Numbered from the stretch's first letter, positions 1 to 8,113 are shown. The stretch: 44,095 nt of DNA from a virus (IMGVR_UViG_3300036987_000040:1-44095), one strand, 5' to 3'. Notes: a model not told the origin generated them from the sequence alone. Made by a program: numbers and translations.

Positions 1-45
1 TCCTGGCGGCGTGAGAAAGAGTTCGCCGCACCCATCAATCAGCTG

Positions 46-75
46 TTGACCTTGGCGGGGGCTAACGCATAGAAC
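46..75 (+). promoter_or_regulatory. Host sigma70-type promoter of tRNA-Val, now upstream of attL
   Basis: TTGACC (46-51), 18 nt, TAGAAC (70-75), about 10 nt before the tRNA 5' end. Confidence 0.65.
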
Positions 76-78
76 CGC

Positions 79-127
79 GCCTCTGGGGCGCGTAGCTCAG
101 CGGTAGAGCACTACCTTGACATGGTAG
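79..127 (+). repeat. attL core (49-bp direct repeat)
   Basis: GCCTCTGGGGCGCGTAGCTCAGCGGTAGAGCACTACCTTGACATGGTAG, identical to 43969-44017. Confidence 0.97.
86..127 (+). pseudogene. 5' fragment of tRNA-Val(GAC): acceptor 5' strand, D arm and anticodon arm
   Basis: First 42 nt of the tRNA at 43976, then diverges. Confidence 0.93.
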
Positions 128-131
128 TTCG

Positions 132-1163
132 CTATTTCTTAGCAGCCTGTATTCTAACAACATTTCCGCCAGCGTCCATGAGTTGTGCCAGTTTGTTGTC
201 AGAAACGCGCATTGCGTCGTGGACAGCCGACTTCTCCAAATGCCCGTACGTGTCCGCCACCATCTTGTAGGACTTCCATCCCCCAGCCTCCTGCACTTGC
301 TTCAGCGTGTAGCCCTGGCCCAGCAGCCGCGCCGCGAAGGCGTGCCGCCCGACCTCGTGTGAGGTCATCACCCGTAGCTTCGCCCGCTTGCAGGCCCGCT
401 CCAGCGCCTGGTTGAGCGAGTGCCGGGTCTTGAACCCGAATATCTGGCCCTTTCTCCCCCGCAGCTTCCACAGGGCCTCGAAAACCAGTCCAGCCAGCGG
501 CACCACGCGCGGCGTGCCGTTCTTCGTCAGCCGGAGCGTCGCCTTGCGTTCTTCCCAGTCGATATCGTCCTCGTGCAACCGGCACGCTTCGCTGGCGCGC
601 GCCGCCGTGAAGCTCATCAGCAGCGTGCAGGCTTGCAGCCGGTCGGTGCAGCACGGCAGCAGCCCGGCGATCTCGCTGTCCTTGGCCGGGTTGACCATCA
701 CGCGGTCCGGCTCTTCCGGCCGCGTGAAAGTCGGCACCAGGCACATCTTCGCCGCAGCGGCGCGGTGCAGGATGGCGATCAATGGCGTATAGACCTGCCG
801 GTTGAGCCCCTTCGGCCCGCATCTGGGATAGGTGAGCTTGGCCCATTTCGAAACTTCCAACTCCGTGATGTCGGCGATGCGCCATGTCCCGAATTTGTCG
901 CTCAGCGCCTTGATATACTTGGCGTCATAGGGCTGAATCGTGCCCTCTTTCTTCGTCAGGTGCAGATCTACGGCCTCGTCGAATGTTGACGTGCGCTCTT
1001 CACCGAACGTGAGGCGATCGAGGATCTCGCACTGTCGCTTGGCGAGCTTGGCTTGTGCATGAGGCTCTGAAGCCGTTTTTGTACTCTCTCGGATACGTTC
1101 TCCGCCGAGGGTGCCGAAAATGTAGAAGATGCCTTTCTTCCCCCGCCTCTTGAGTTCGAGCAC
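132..1163 (-). CDS. int: Tyrosine integrase
   Basis: Motifs TAARASEA (R), TKNG (K), HEVGRH (HxxR), GGW and DTYGH (Y); GTG start at 1163 follows GGGGAGGA; adjacent to attL. Confidence 0.95.
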   Translation of the reverse strand: MLELKRRGKKGIFYIFGTLGGERIRESTKTASEPHAQAKLAKRQCEILDRLTFGEERTSTFDEAVDLHLTKKEGTIQPYDAKYIKALSDKFGTWRIADITELEVSKWAKLTYPRCGPKGLNRQVYTPLIAILHRAAAAKMCLVPTFTRPEEPDRVMVNPAKDSEIAGLLPCCTDRLQACTLLMSFTAARASEACRLHEDDIDWEERKATLRLTKNGTPRVVPLAGLVFEALWKLRGRKGQIFGFKTRHSLNQALERACKRAKLRVMTSHEVGRHAFAARLLGQGYTLKQVQEAGGWKSYKMVADTYGHLEKSAVHDAMRVSDNKLAQLMDAGGNVVRIQAAKK

Positions 1164-1342
1164 GGCTTGATCCTCCCCACATGAAACGCCCACTGCTCCG
1201 GCGTCAGGAAGATTTGACGCCGCCACTCCTGGTAAGAGTCAACGCCCCCCGACTTGATGTGGTGGATTAAAGCGCGACGGCTCATGCGAATCGGCAACTG
1301 CTTCAGGCAGTCGGACACGGTGAGGAAGCTACTCACGGACAT
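968..1342 (-). CDS. Putative excisionase (winged-helix N-terminus, tail overlapping int)
   Basis: Directly upstream of int; FLTVSDCLKQLPIRMSRRALIHHIK is Xis-like; GGGAGG RBS. Confidence 0.7.
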   Translation of the reverse strand: MSVSSFLTVSDCLKQLPIRMSRRALIHHIKSGGVDSYQEWRRQIFLTPEQWAFHVGRIKPCSNSRGGGRKASSTFSAPSAENVSERVQKRLQSLMHKPSSPSDSARSSIASRSVKSARQHSTRP

Positions 1343-1697
1343 ACCTCCCCCGTTCCCAGTCGTATTTCATGCCGGGGGGCTTCATGAGCTTGGACTTGGG
1401 ACGCTTTACCCCGTAGACGGAATCGGAAACACGCTTCCCCTTGGCGATCTCGGGGATGTCCTTGGTGGACGTTTTCAGCCGGTGGCAGGCTTCCAGAAGC
1501 GGGCGGACATTGGGCGGGTCATCCGAGCCGCCGTGCTCGCGCGGAATATCATGGTCTGCATCCCATGCTGTCGTCGCCGGGTTGAATTCGATCCCGCAGC
1601 CACAGCCGCACTTGAGGCGCCAGCCGTGCGGGGTGGAGAAGCGCCAATACAAGAAGCAGGCGCGGCGGGTCTTGGTGGAGTTCGGGCGCTTGCTCAT
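1329..1697 (-). CDS. HNH endonuclease
   Basis: CGCGCG...DHDIPREHGGSDDPPNVRPLLEACHRLKT motif; start coupled to the upstream stop. Confidence 0.85.
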   Translation of the reverse strand: MSKRPNSTKTRRACFLYWRFSTPHGWRLKCGCGCGIEFNPATTAWDADHDIPREHGGSDDPPNVRPLLEACHRLKTSTKDIPEIAKGKRVSDSVYGVKRPKSKLMKPPGMKYDWERGRYVRE

Positions 1698-2227
1698 GGC
1701 CCATACGCCAGCGTCGGCGCTCCCTCGTGTTTCCAATCCCAGATGTACCAAGCGTGGTTGAACGATGGGCTCGCCTTTGGCTTGCCGTTGGCCTCGACGA
1801 ACCACGCGATGCGCTTCATCAGGACCACCTTCTTGGCGAAGGCGGGGCAGTCGCGGAAGAGGTTGGTGCGAGACTTTGCGTGGTCGAAGTCGGTGCGCAT
1901 CAGCATGGCGACCACGCCGCCGACTGGCTCCATGAGCCGCAGCGATCGCTCTATAAACTCTGCACCAGCCTCATACGGCGGGTTGGTAACGATCCCATCG
2001 ACGTCGTCGAGCGGGGGATAGAGGAAGAAGTCGGTGCCGCTCGAAATGTCTGTGCCGTAGGCTTTAAAATGGCGGCTAAGGACACGGAGCATCTGCCCAC
2101 CGCCAGCGGCTGGCTCCCACACCCTGCCGAGGCGCGGTAGGTGCGGGGGCAATGCCTCAGTCACCCATTCGGGTGTTTCGTACAGGTCTCGCTCTTTGCG
2201 TGCGTAGCCGGAATCTCTCTGGCTCAT
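1694..2227 (-). CDS. Phage N6-adenine DNA methyltransferase
   Basis: DLYETPEW, VWEPAAGGG (SAM-binding motif I) and VTNPPY (motif IV). Confidence 0.88.
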   Translation of the reverse strand: MSQRDSGYARKERDLYETPEWVTEALPPHLPRLGRVWEPAAGGGQMLRVLSRHFKAYGTDISSGTDFFLYPPLDDVDGIVTNPPYEAGAEFIERSLRLMEPVGGVVAMLMRTDFDHAKSRTNLFRDCPAFAKKVVLMKRIAWFVEANGKPKASPSFNHAWYIWDWKHEGAPTLAYGP

Positions 2228-2619
2228 GCTGCCACCGTCTTGTCGTCGCTGAAGACCACCCCGCGCTCGGCGCCGAACGCCGCGATCAATTCCAGCAAAT
2301 CTCCGAACTCTGCCTTGCCCATGTCGGACGTTCTCATGCCGACCGGCACGAACGTTCCGGGGTCGATTCCTGGCACTAGCCGCATCCGCCGCAGAGACGC
2401 GGTGAAGAGGTCTTTCCAGTCTTCCGGGGTCAGCTTCTCGCCGTGCCACACGACTTGGCTGGCGACGTCGGTCAAACGAGCCCAGAGAAGAGAATTTTGG
2501 TCGACGGACCGCCGCGCGGCTTTAAACTCGATGCGCGTTCCCGCCGGCGCCTTCAATGACCACGCCGCCGCACGCTCGCGGTCATAGTTGCCATTGATGA
2601 CGATGACGGCGCGGCTCAT
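2224..2619 (-). CDS. ninB: NinB/Orf family recombination protein
   Basis: RSVDQNSLLWARLTDVASQVVWHG, EDWKDLF, GMRTSDMGKAEFGDLLELIAAFGAERGVVF. Confidence 0.9.
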   Translation of the reverse strand: MSRAVIVINGNYDRERAAAWSLKAPAGTRIEFKAARRSVDQNSLLWARLTDVASQVVWHGEKLTPEDWKDLFTASLRRMRLVPGIDPGTFVPVGMRTSDMGKAEFGDLLELIAAFGAERGVVFSDDKTVAA

Positions 2620-2882
2620 TCCTGCGCCTCGCCATAAGCCCGCATCCGCCGCTCGGCGTCCTTGAACACCGTCTCCATCAATTCCAAGACGTCCACCTGG
2701 TCATGGATGGAGGTGAAGGTCTGGCGGATGTGCTCGATGCAGGTGTCGGCAGCACGGATCTTCATCTGCCCGATCAGGACCTCGTCGGGTGGGGATGGTG
2801 CACGCTTCTTGGTGAAGCGCTCAAGGAGTCCTAAGGGCTTGTCCTGCTCTACGACGGTGAGGCGTTGGGTGTGTGCCATCAC
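2616..2882 (-). CDS. Hypothetical protein
   Basis: Translationally coupled within the early-left operon. Confidence 0.7.
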   Translation of the reverse strand: MMAHTQRLTVVEQDKPLGLLERFTKKRAPSPPDEVLIGQMKIRAADTCIEHIRQTFTSIHDQVDVLELMETVFKDAERRMRAYGEAQE

Positions 2883-3484
2883 TCTCCCCCTTCACTCAGC
2901 GCTACAGGACTGGAAGATTTAGGGGTGACGCCGACCGAGCACGGCTCGGATCGGCTGCGCTGCGCGCGCAAGCAAGGGACTTTGGCTTCCGTGACTGCGT
3001 TGAGGTGATATTCAACCCCATCAGGCCATGCTCCATCAGGAGCCAAATCGAGATCGCAGAACACGCACCCGCAGCTTGGCGTCACTTCCTCACTCATCCG
3101 CGTAGCGGCTATAGAGACTTGGTCGACGATAGATTCAGGGTTTACGCCTTGGGCCACGGGCCCTTCGCCTGCGCTCAAGCCGCGCGGCTCGTCGGCGAAC
3201 GCATGCGCGCTAACCACCATGAAGTCGTCGTCTCCGTCACTTGCTGCAATCCATTCGCTGTGCGACTGCAAAAGTTCGTTGAGTTTGCCGATCAGGGCGT
3301 CGTACTTCGCGATTTCCCTCGACTTGGACTCACTGTTGGCGCAGCCCTTCCACCAGGCAATTGTGAGGGCCGCCCCCATTTGGGCGAGAGCTATGTCGTT
3401 GCCGGTGAGCGCGCGCAGCGCAGGTGCGAGCGTCGATACGCGAGCATCGTCAATATCTGACATCACGCGCCTCCTACTCCTCAA
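2879..3484 (-). CDS. Hypothetical protein with Cys/His-rich C-terminus
   Basis: Fills the operon; start uncertain; SCGCVFCD motif. Confidence 0.6.
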   Translation of the reverse strand: MRSRRRVMSDIDDARVSTLAPALRALTGNDIALAQMGAALTIAWWKGCANSESKSREIAKYDALIGKLNELLQSHSEWIAASDGDDDFMVVSAHAFADEPRGLSAGEGPVAQGVNPESIVDQVSIAATRMSEEVTPSCGCVFCDLDLAPDGAWPDGVEYHLNAVTEAKVPCLRAQRSRSEPCSVGVTPKSSSPVALSEGGE

Positions 3485-3788
3485 TCGCCAGCTTGCGTGC
3501 AGCTAAGGCGGTCAGGAACATCTCCTTGGCCCGCTTGTGCTCTGCATCGAGATCGGCGAGTTCCTTTTCGTGGCGTGAGGCGAGAGACTTTGCTTCCATC
3601 TGGTGCTGCCACGTCATGGAGGAGGTTTCTTTGCCCTGACGAACCTCGGCGTCTTTTTTCCGCTGCTCTGCGTGCTTCACCTGATCGGCAAGGTTGTCGA
3701 GTGAAGCCGGGGGCAGGGTGATGACCTTTGCCGGGTCGTCGGGTGTCGAGGCGTTTTTCATGGCCTGTCTCAGGATCGCTAGTGCCAT
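3474..3788 (-). CDS. Hypothetical coiled-coil protein
   Basis: Operon position and helical, charged composition. Confidence 0.7.
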   Translation of the reverse strand: MALAILRQAMKNASTPDDPAKVITLPPASLDNLADQVKHAEQRKKDAEVRQGKETSSMTWQHQMEAKSLASRHEKELADLDAEHKRAKEMFLTALAARKLAIEE

Positions 3789-3792
3789 TGGG

Positions 3793-5115
3793 TTACTCCG
3801 CTGCGTCTAGGTTCTCGACGGAGGTCTGAAGCTGTGCTTTGAGCCCCACCGGCTTTGCTTTCTTCGCCTTGGCGACGGCGACATCGACCTTCGCCATCCA
3901 CGCCGGATCGAAGCTGTTATGGTCGAACGTCTGCTGCCAGTTCTTGCGCAGTTGTGCGATGCGCGTGGAATTGCCGGGGAAGGACGACAGAGCCTCTTCG
4001 AAGTCGTGGAGGATGACGTCACGGTCGTCGATCTCTTCGGCCTCCTCGGTCTTCTCCAGGGCGGGGATGACGTCGTCGAGCGTTGACGTCGTATCGACTG
4101 CCGGCGGCTCCAACTCGTCCTTCAGGGTGATGTATCCGGCCTTGAGGTCTTCCAGCGGCATGACCTCCTCCATTTCCGTCCAGCCGGCGTGGAAGTGCTT
4201 GCGCAGAAGCTGCACCTTGCGCTGCTTGTCGGCGGCGGCCATGCCGGGGATGTGGAGGACGAGAAGATCCTGAACGTCGCCGAGCACGATGCGGCGGCGC
4301 TGCGCCTGACGATCGCGTGGTGCATCTTCCGGGATGTCGGCCTCGGAGTTGCGCTCGGTATCGACCCCGAGCTGCTTGCCGCCGAGGTTCAAGAACTCGA
4401 TGTGCGGCAGAAAGCTCTTGAAGGTCGGGTTGTGGAAGTCGCGGCCGTCGATGCGCGTGGACCGGTCCTTCAGGATGCGGGCGGTGCGGGAGACCTTCAT
4501 CGCCCCCATGTCCGTCTCGCGCTCCATCAGCACGAGCAGCGATGGCTCATAGCCCATCTCGCCCTCGGCCTTCATCTTGATGCCGGTTTTCTCGAGTTCC
4601 TTCTTGCCGGCGTCGTTGGTGAAGTAGTCGTACTCATAGCCGGCGCGGCCGCAGAGGATGATGTGCAAGTTGGAGTTGACGAAGCGGTCGGTGAACTTGC
4701 GCCATTCCTTCTTGAGGAAGGCCCAGTCCTCGAACTGTAGGCGAGACCTGTTCTTCGCCTTGACGTAGGCGTCGCAGATCTCGGTCCAGAAATGCGTGAT
4801 GGAATCGATGAGCAGCAGCGAGCCGTTCTGCTCAGCCTCGTGCACCGCGCTCATCAGGTCGCGAAACGCTCGCGTCTTGGCGGTGAAGAGTTCGATGCCT
4901 GCTTCGGTGAAGACGGGCTGCACCCAGTCCGAACCCGTCTCGGTGTCGAGGAAGTAGACGGGCTTGTCGGCGTAAGGAATGTTCCGTTCGCGCATGTATT
5001 GCACGAGGCCGGTGGAGACGAGGGTTCCCGTGTACGTTTTACCAGATCCGGCAAAGCCCATGATCCCCATTTTGAGGAAGGCTGATGTCATCTCTGCTTT
5101 CTTGAAAAGGGCCAT
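3793..5115 (-). CDS. AAA-family ATPase, Sak4-like recombinase
   Basis: Walker A GFAGSGKT, FLDTETGS, Walker B LLLIDSITHFW; GGAG RBS before ATG 5115. Confidence 0.85.
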   Translation of the reverse strand: MALFKKAEMTSAFLKMGIMGFAGSGKTYTGTLVSTGLVQYMRERNIPYADKPVYFLDTETGSDWVQPVFTEAGIELFTAKTRAFRDLMSAVHEAEQNGSLLLIDSITHFWTEICDAYVKAKNRSRLQFEDWAFLKKEWRKFTDRFVNSNLHIILCGRAGYEYDYFTNDAGKKELEKTGIKMKAEGEMGYEPSLLVLMERETDMGAMKVSRTARILKDRSTRIDGRDFHNPTFKSFLPHIEFLNLGGKQLGVDTERNSEADIPEDAPRDRQAQRRRIVLGDVQDLLVLHIPGMAAADKQRKVQLLRKHFHAGWTEMEEVMPLEDLKAGYITLKDELEPPAVDTTSTLDDVIPALEKTEEAEEIDDRDVILHDFEEALSSFPGNSTRIAQLRKNWQQTFDHNSFDPAWMAKVDVAVAKAKKAKPVGLKAQLQTSVENLDAAE

Positions 5116-5117
5116 GT

Positions 5118-5366
5118 TCAAACTCCAATCACTTGCGCGCGCAGCGCAGCCGAGCGGCCCAACAGCCGCGAAGGCGTCAACCCAATCTTCCCCGTAAAGC
5201 ACCGGCACATAAACTGATGAGCTTTGCTCCAACAGGTATGGCGACAAGCACAGCAGCGAAGGCAATGAGGCCTGCAACGGCTGCCTGAGAGGCTGTCTCG
5301 ATCATCACGGTGCTCCGATATGTGTCGAATGCTCATGCACGCGTGATGCTCTTGGCCGTTCGTCAT
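5118..5366 (-). CDS. Possible small Cys-rich protein
   Basis: Fills the gap in the operon; low certainty. Confidence 0.35.
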   Translation of the reverse strand: MTNGQEHHACMSIRHISEHRDDRDSLSGSRCRPHCLRCCACRHTCWSKAHQFMCRCFTGKIGLTPSRLLGRSAALRAQVIGV

Positions 5367-5625
5367 CTGGCCATTCGTCGGCGATACGCTCGACTTCCTG
5401 CGGGTTCGATCTGATGTAGTGCTCGACCAGATGGAACTCCGGAGACATCGGCTTGATCTCGTAGCGCGGCGTTCCGGGCGCGAACTCGAAGGCGTAGATG
5501 GCTTCGATCTCGAAGGCGGTCGGCGAGCCGAACAACTCGGCCATCATTTCCGCCTCGGCCACCTGCCGCATGGCGCCATCGGTGCCGGTCATGAAGATCG
5601 GGTGCTGGAAGAAGAACTGCATCAC
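5305..5625 (-). CDS. Hypothetical protein
   Basis: Coupled to neighbouring gene; typical codon usage. Confidence 0.7.
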   Translation of the reverse strand: MMQFFFQHPIFMTGTDGAMRQVAEAEMMAELFGSPTAFEIEAIYAFEFAPGTPRYEIKPMSPEFHLVEHYIRSNPQEVERIADEWPDDERPRASRVHEHSTHIGAP

Positions 5626-5933
5626 ACAGCCCCCTGCCGCCTGCGGAATTCCTCGAACGACGTGATGCCGTCCTCGATATCCAGCTGATGTTCGTCGGCG
5701 GGCTTCGATACGATCATCGGCAGCTTGCGCATGTCGCGCTCGCAGTCTTCGATGGCGTCAGCAAGCTGGCCCTGGATACGCCGCACGGTTTCGTAGGCGG
5801 CACCGCGCGCGTGGCGGTCGGAGTGCTTGATGTAGAGCAGCCGCTCGGCAGCAGAGATGCAGTCCATGCCGCGCAGCCTCAGGTGGGCGGCGAGCAGCTT
5901 GATGGGTTCGGGTGTATCTTCGAAGCTCATCAC
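5622..5933 (-). CDS. Hypothetical protein
   Basis: Coupled to neighbouring gene; typical codon usage. Confidence 0.7.
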   Translation of the reverse strand: MMSFEDTPEPIKLLAAHLRLRGMDCISAAERLLYIKHSDRHARGAAYETVRRIQGQLADAIEDCERDMRKLPMIVSKPADEHQLDIEDGITSFEEFRRRQGAV

Positions 5934-5961
5934 ACGGAACCTTCTGTTTGCTGATGGAGTT

Positions 5962-6099
5962 GAGCGGCGACAGGTGTGCTGGGTAGGTCTGCCTGTCGCC
6001 GCTCCCCGCTCGACCGCTTGCTGCTAGTGCCCCCGACAGCAAAGGGTCGTTATGGCTGAGCGCCTTCGCCGCAGGAGGTGGCCGCTCCAGCGCTCTGCC
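5962..6099 (-). ncRNA. Three tandem hairpins in the early-left transcript
   Basis: 13-bp perfect IR 5962-5974/5992-6004; stems spanning 6011-6049 and 6054-6099. Confidence 0.5.
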
Positions 6100-6113
6100 G
6101 GTAAGGAATTGGG

Positions 6114-6404
6114 TTAGGGATCGGGTGGCAGTGGCGGGACAGATGGCACATCAGCCCCGACCTCGCCGATCAGCCGCGGCTCGCGGCCGTACCAGCGCTC
6201 ACGCGTGTTGATGGTGTGATTGAACCCGTCGAGGCAATTGGCGAGGTAGTCGGCGAGCATGAAGTCCGGCGTGTTGCTGCCGTTCTCCATCGAGTGGCTA
6301 TTGATCAGCGCTTCGAGTTCATCTCGGAATGAAGGGCGCCCAATCGGCGCGGGTGGGGTGACTTTCTCGACGCTCGCGGGTGCAGAGGTGTCAGCGTGAT
6401 TCAT
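6114..6404 (-). CDS. Phage hypothetical protein, first gene of the PL operon
   Basis: FRDELEALINSHSMENGSNTPDFMLADYL resembles a recurrent phage hypothetical; AAGGGGA RBS. Confidence 0.75.
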   Translation of the reverse strand: MNHADTSAPASVEKVTPPAPIGRPSFRDELEALINSHSMENGSNTPDFMLADYLANCLDGFNHTINTRERWYGREPRLIGEVGADVPSVPPLPPDP

Positions 6405-6432
6405 TTGTCTTCCCCTTAGCTTCAGATCCAAC

Positions 6433-6539
6433 TGTCACCGCCTGAAGGTTTCCAGCCCTAGTTGCCGAGGGTGGGAAGCGCGCGCCTGGAAGAGGGAGCA
6501 AACCGGGCGCTGTAGGGCGTCACGCTTCAGGCGGTGACA
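6433..6539 (-). ncRNA. Structured 5' leader or sRNA of the PL transcript, closed by a 15-bp stem
   Basis: TGTCACCGCCTGAAG (6433-6447) and its perfect reverse complement (6525-6539); inner stems; begins about 6 nt after the -10 box. Confidence 0.6.
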
Positions 6540-6544
6540 AAAGG

Positions 6545-6598
6545 ACAATAGGCCTACCGTTGAGATTTTGTCAACGGTCAATATTGAGATTTTCACAA
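6545..6598 (-). promoter_or_regulatory. PL promoter with two repressor operators (OL)
   Basis: Minus strand TTGACA-18-TATTGT; TTG-N9-CAA sites at 6560-6574 and 6584-6598. Confidence 0.8.
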
Positions 6599-6668
6599 TG
6601 GTGGAGACGAGCGGAGTTCAGTACGCTGATTTCAGCGGGGTTTTTTCTCGTACTCGGGGGATTTTGTG

Positions 6669-6932
6669 ATGCGTACTGTTCTAGCGGCAGCGCTATGCGC
6701 GCTCGCCACCGTCGCCTATGCCGGCGACACTCACGTCAACGGCTACTTCCGCAACGACGGGTCCTACGTCCAGCCGCACTATCGCTCGGCGCCGGATTCC
6801 AGCACGTACAACAACTATTCGACCCAGGGAAACGTCAATCCGTACACGGGGCAGGCGGGGACGCATAATCCCTACCAGATGCAGCAGCCGTCAACGGGAT
6901 ATGGCACGAACTACATTGGCCCGCGTCGCTGA
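6669..6932 (+). CDS. Small secreted protein (signal peptide, GYxRxDGxYVQPHYR motif)
   Basis: Signal peptide ending AYA; VNGYFRNDGSYVQPHYRSAPD...GNVNPYTG; GGGGGA RBS. Confidence 0.85.
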   Translation: MRTVLAAALCALATVAYAGDTHVNGYFRNDGSYVQPHYRSAPDSSTYNNYSTQGNVNPYTGQAGTHNPYQMQQPSTGYGTNYIGPRR

Positions 6933-6937
6933 AAGAC

Positions 6938-6991
6938 GGCTGCGGTGCTCGCGGGCTGTCAGCCACGCGTTGATGACCGCGCACCGCAGCC
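6938..6991. terminator. Long hairpin between convergent genes
   Basis: GGCTGCGGTGC (6938-6948) and GCACCGCAGCC (6981-6991); no U-tract. Confidence 0.4.
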
Positions 6992-7082
6992 AATCCGCCG
7001 GGCCTAGAGTGCGCAGATTCCACCGAAAAGAGTGCCAGCGTTCGATCATACAATCTAAGGTAGCACAACCTTATGGGGTATG

Positions 7083-7706
7083 CTAGTCGACGTAGCGTTC
7101 CTGCCGGCCGATCACGAGGCCCTTGATCTCGAAGTCGTCAATGGGCGTCGTGTCCGCATCGTTCGGGCCGACTAGATGGAAGCCTGAACCGCTTTTAAGG
7201 ACCGCCCGTCGCAATACGACCTGGGTTAGACCGTCCCGGTGCCGCTCGCAATGGAGCCGGTCTCCGTCACGTATCTTGCGCCGCATCTTCTCGAAGGGGA
7301 CGCAAACCACAAATTCAGCGCTCGTCCCGACCGTGCGTGATTCCTCGTCGACCTCGAGTGCATACTGCTCCGATGGCGGGTAGTCGGCGCTAGGAATTGC
7401 CGCTACCTCTTTGCGCTTGGGCTGCCGCCGTGCGCCTTCCTGCCAAACCCGTTCCATTATCACCCCTACAACTGGGATGCTCTCACCCATGGTGATGCCT
7501 CCCGTAAGGTCAGGCAGTGGGAACGACGGCGGCTGCTTACCGAGCCAGCTGATGATCTTTTTCCACTCATCGACCTGAATCCGGCGTCGGCCTTGAAAAA
7601 TCCGAGTGACGCTGCCGGGATCAACACCGATGGCCCTTCCGAGGGCGGCTCGGGATTTGTTCTGGTTCTTGAGCGCCTGATCGAGCCATATGATGTTTTT
7701 GTCCAT
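7083..7706 (-). CDS. cI: CI-like repressor (HTH plus degenerate S24 domain)
   Basis: HTH KSRAALGRAIGVDPGSVTRIFQGRR; S24-like IPVVG...YALEVDEES...IKGLVIG; divergent from cro; start may lie slightly upstream. Confidence 0.85.
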   Translation of the reverse strand: MDKNIIWLDQALKNQNKSRAALGRAIGVDPGSVTRIFQGRRRIQVDEWKKIISWLGKQPPSFPLPDLTGGITMGESIPVVGVIMERVWQEGARRQPKRKEVAAIPSADYPPSEQYALEVDEESRTVGTSAEFVVCVPFEKMRRKIRDGDRLHCERHRDGLTQVVLRRAVLKSGSGFHLVGPNDADTTPIDDFEIKGLVIGRQERYVD

Positions 7707-7764
7707 GGCCCAATCAACTAGCTGGTCACGACGCCTCCCACTATCCGGCAAAACAACAACGATA

Positions 7765-7819
7765 TTGGGGAATAAGCAATGTCCCCGCCATTGACAAAAT
7801 CACAATACGCGCGCAATGT
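7765..7819 (+). promoter_or_regulatory. PR promoter and OR operators
   Basis: TTGACA (7791)-17-CAATGT (7814); operators TTGGGGAATAAGCAA (7765-7779) and TTGACAAAATCACAA (7791-7805) match OL. Confidence 0.8.
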
Positions 7820-7825
7820 CCGCGC

Positions 7826-8113
7826 ATGCAAGCAAAGAAGACACAGCCCTTTTTGCAGCCAGCTGCCAGCGTCATCTCCAAGTTCGGAGGTGCCAGAAAG
7901 CTGTCTGATTTGATGGACTTGGACAAGAGCACCGTGTGCCAGTGGCGCGTGTCCAAGGAGCGCGGCGGCACTGGCGGCCTGATCCCGGCCCGGCATCATG
8001 AGCCGCTTCTGGCGTTGGCAAAAAAGCAAGGTGTCAGGCTCGGGGCTTCCGACCTGGTCAAGCGCCCACCGCCAAGGAGTTTGGCGTTCGACCAAAGTAT
8101 GGCGGCCCGCTGA
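7826..8113 (+). CDS. cro: Cro-like repressor
   Basis: VISKFGGARKLSDLMDLDKSTVCQWR...GGTGGLIP; divergent from cI. Confidence 0.88.
   Translation: MQAKKTQPFLQPAASVISKFGGARKLSDLMDLDKSTVCQWRVSKERGGTGGLIPARHHEPLLALAKKQGVRLGASDLVKRPPPRSLAFDQSMAAR

Noticed and set aside
1164-1226. N-terminal extension of int given in the ORF track (similar extensions at 2449, 5277, 10447 and 26282)
   Set aside because: Downstream starts have better RBS or coupling, and the extensions overlap neighbouring genes
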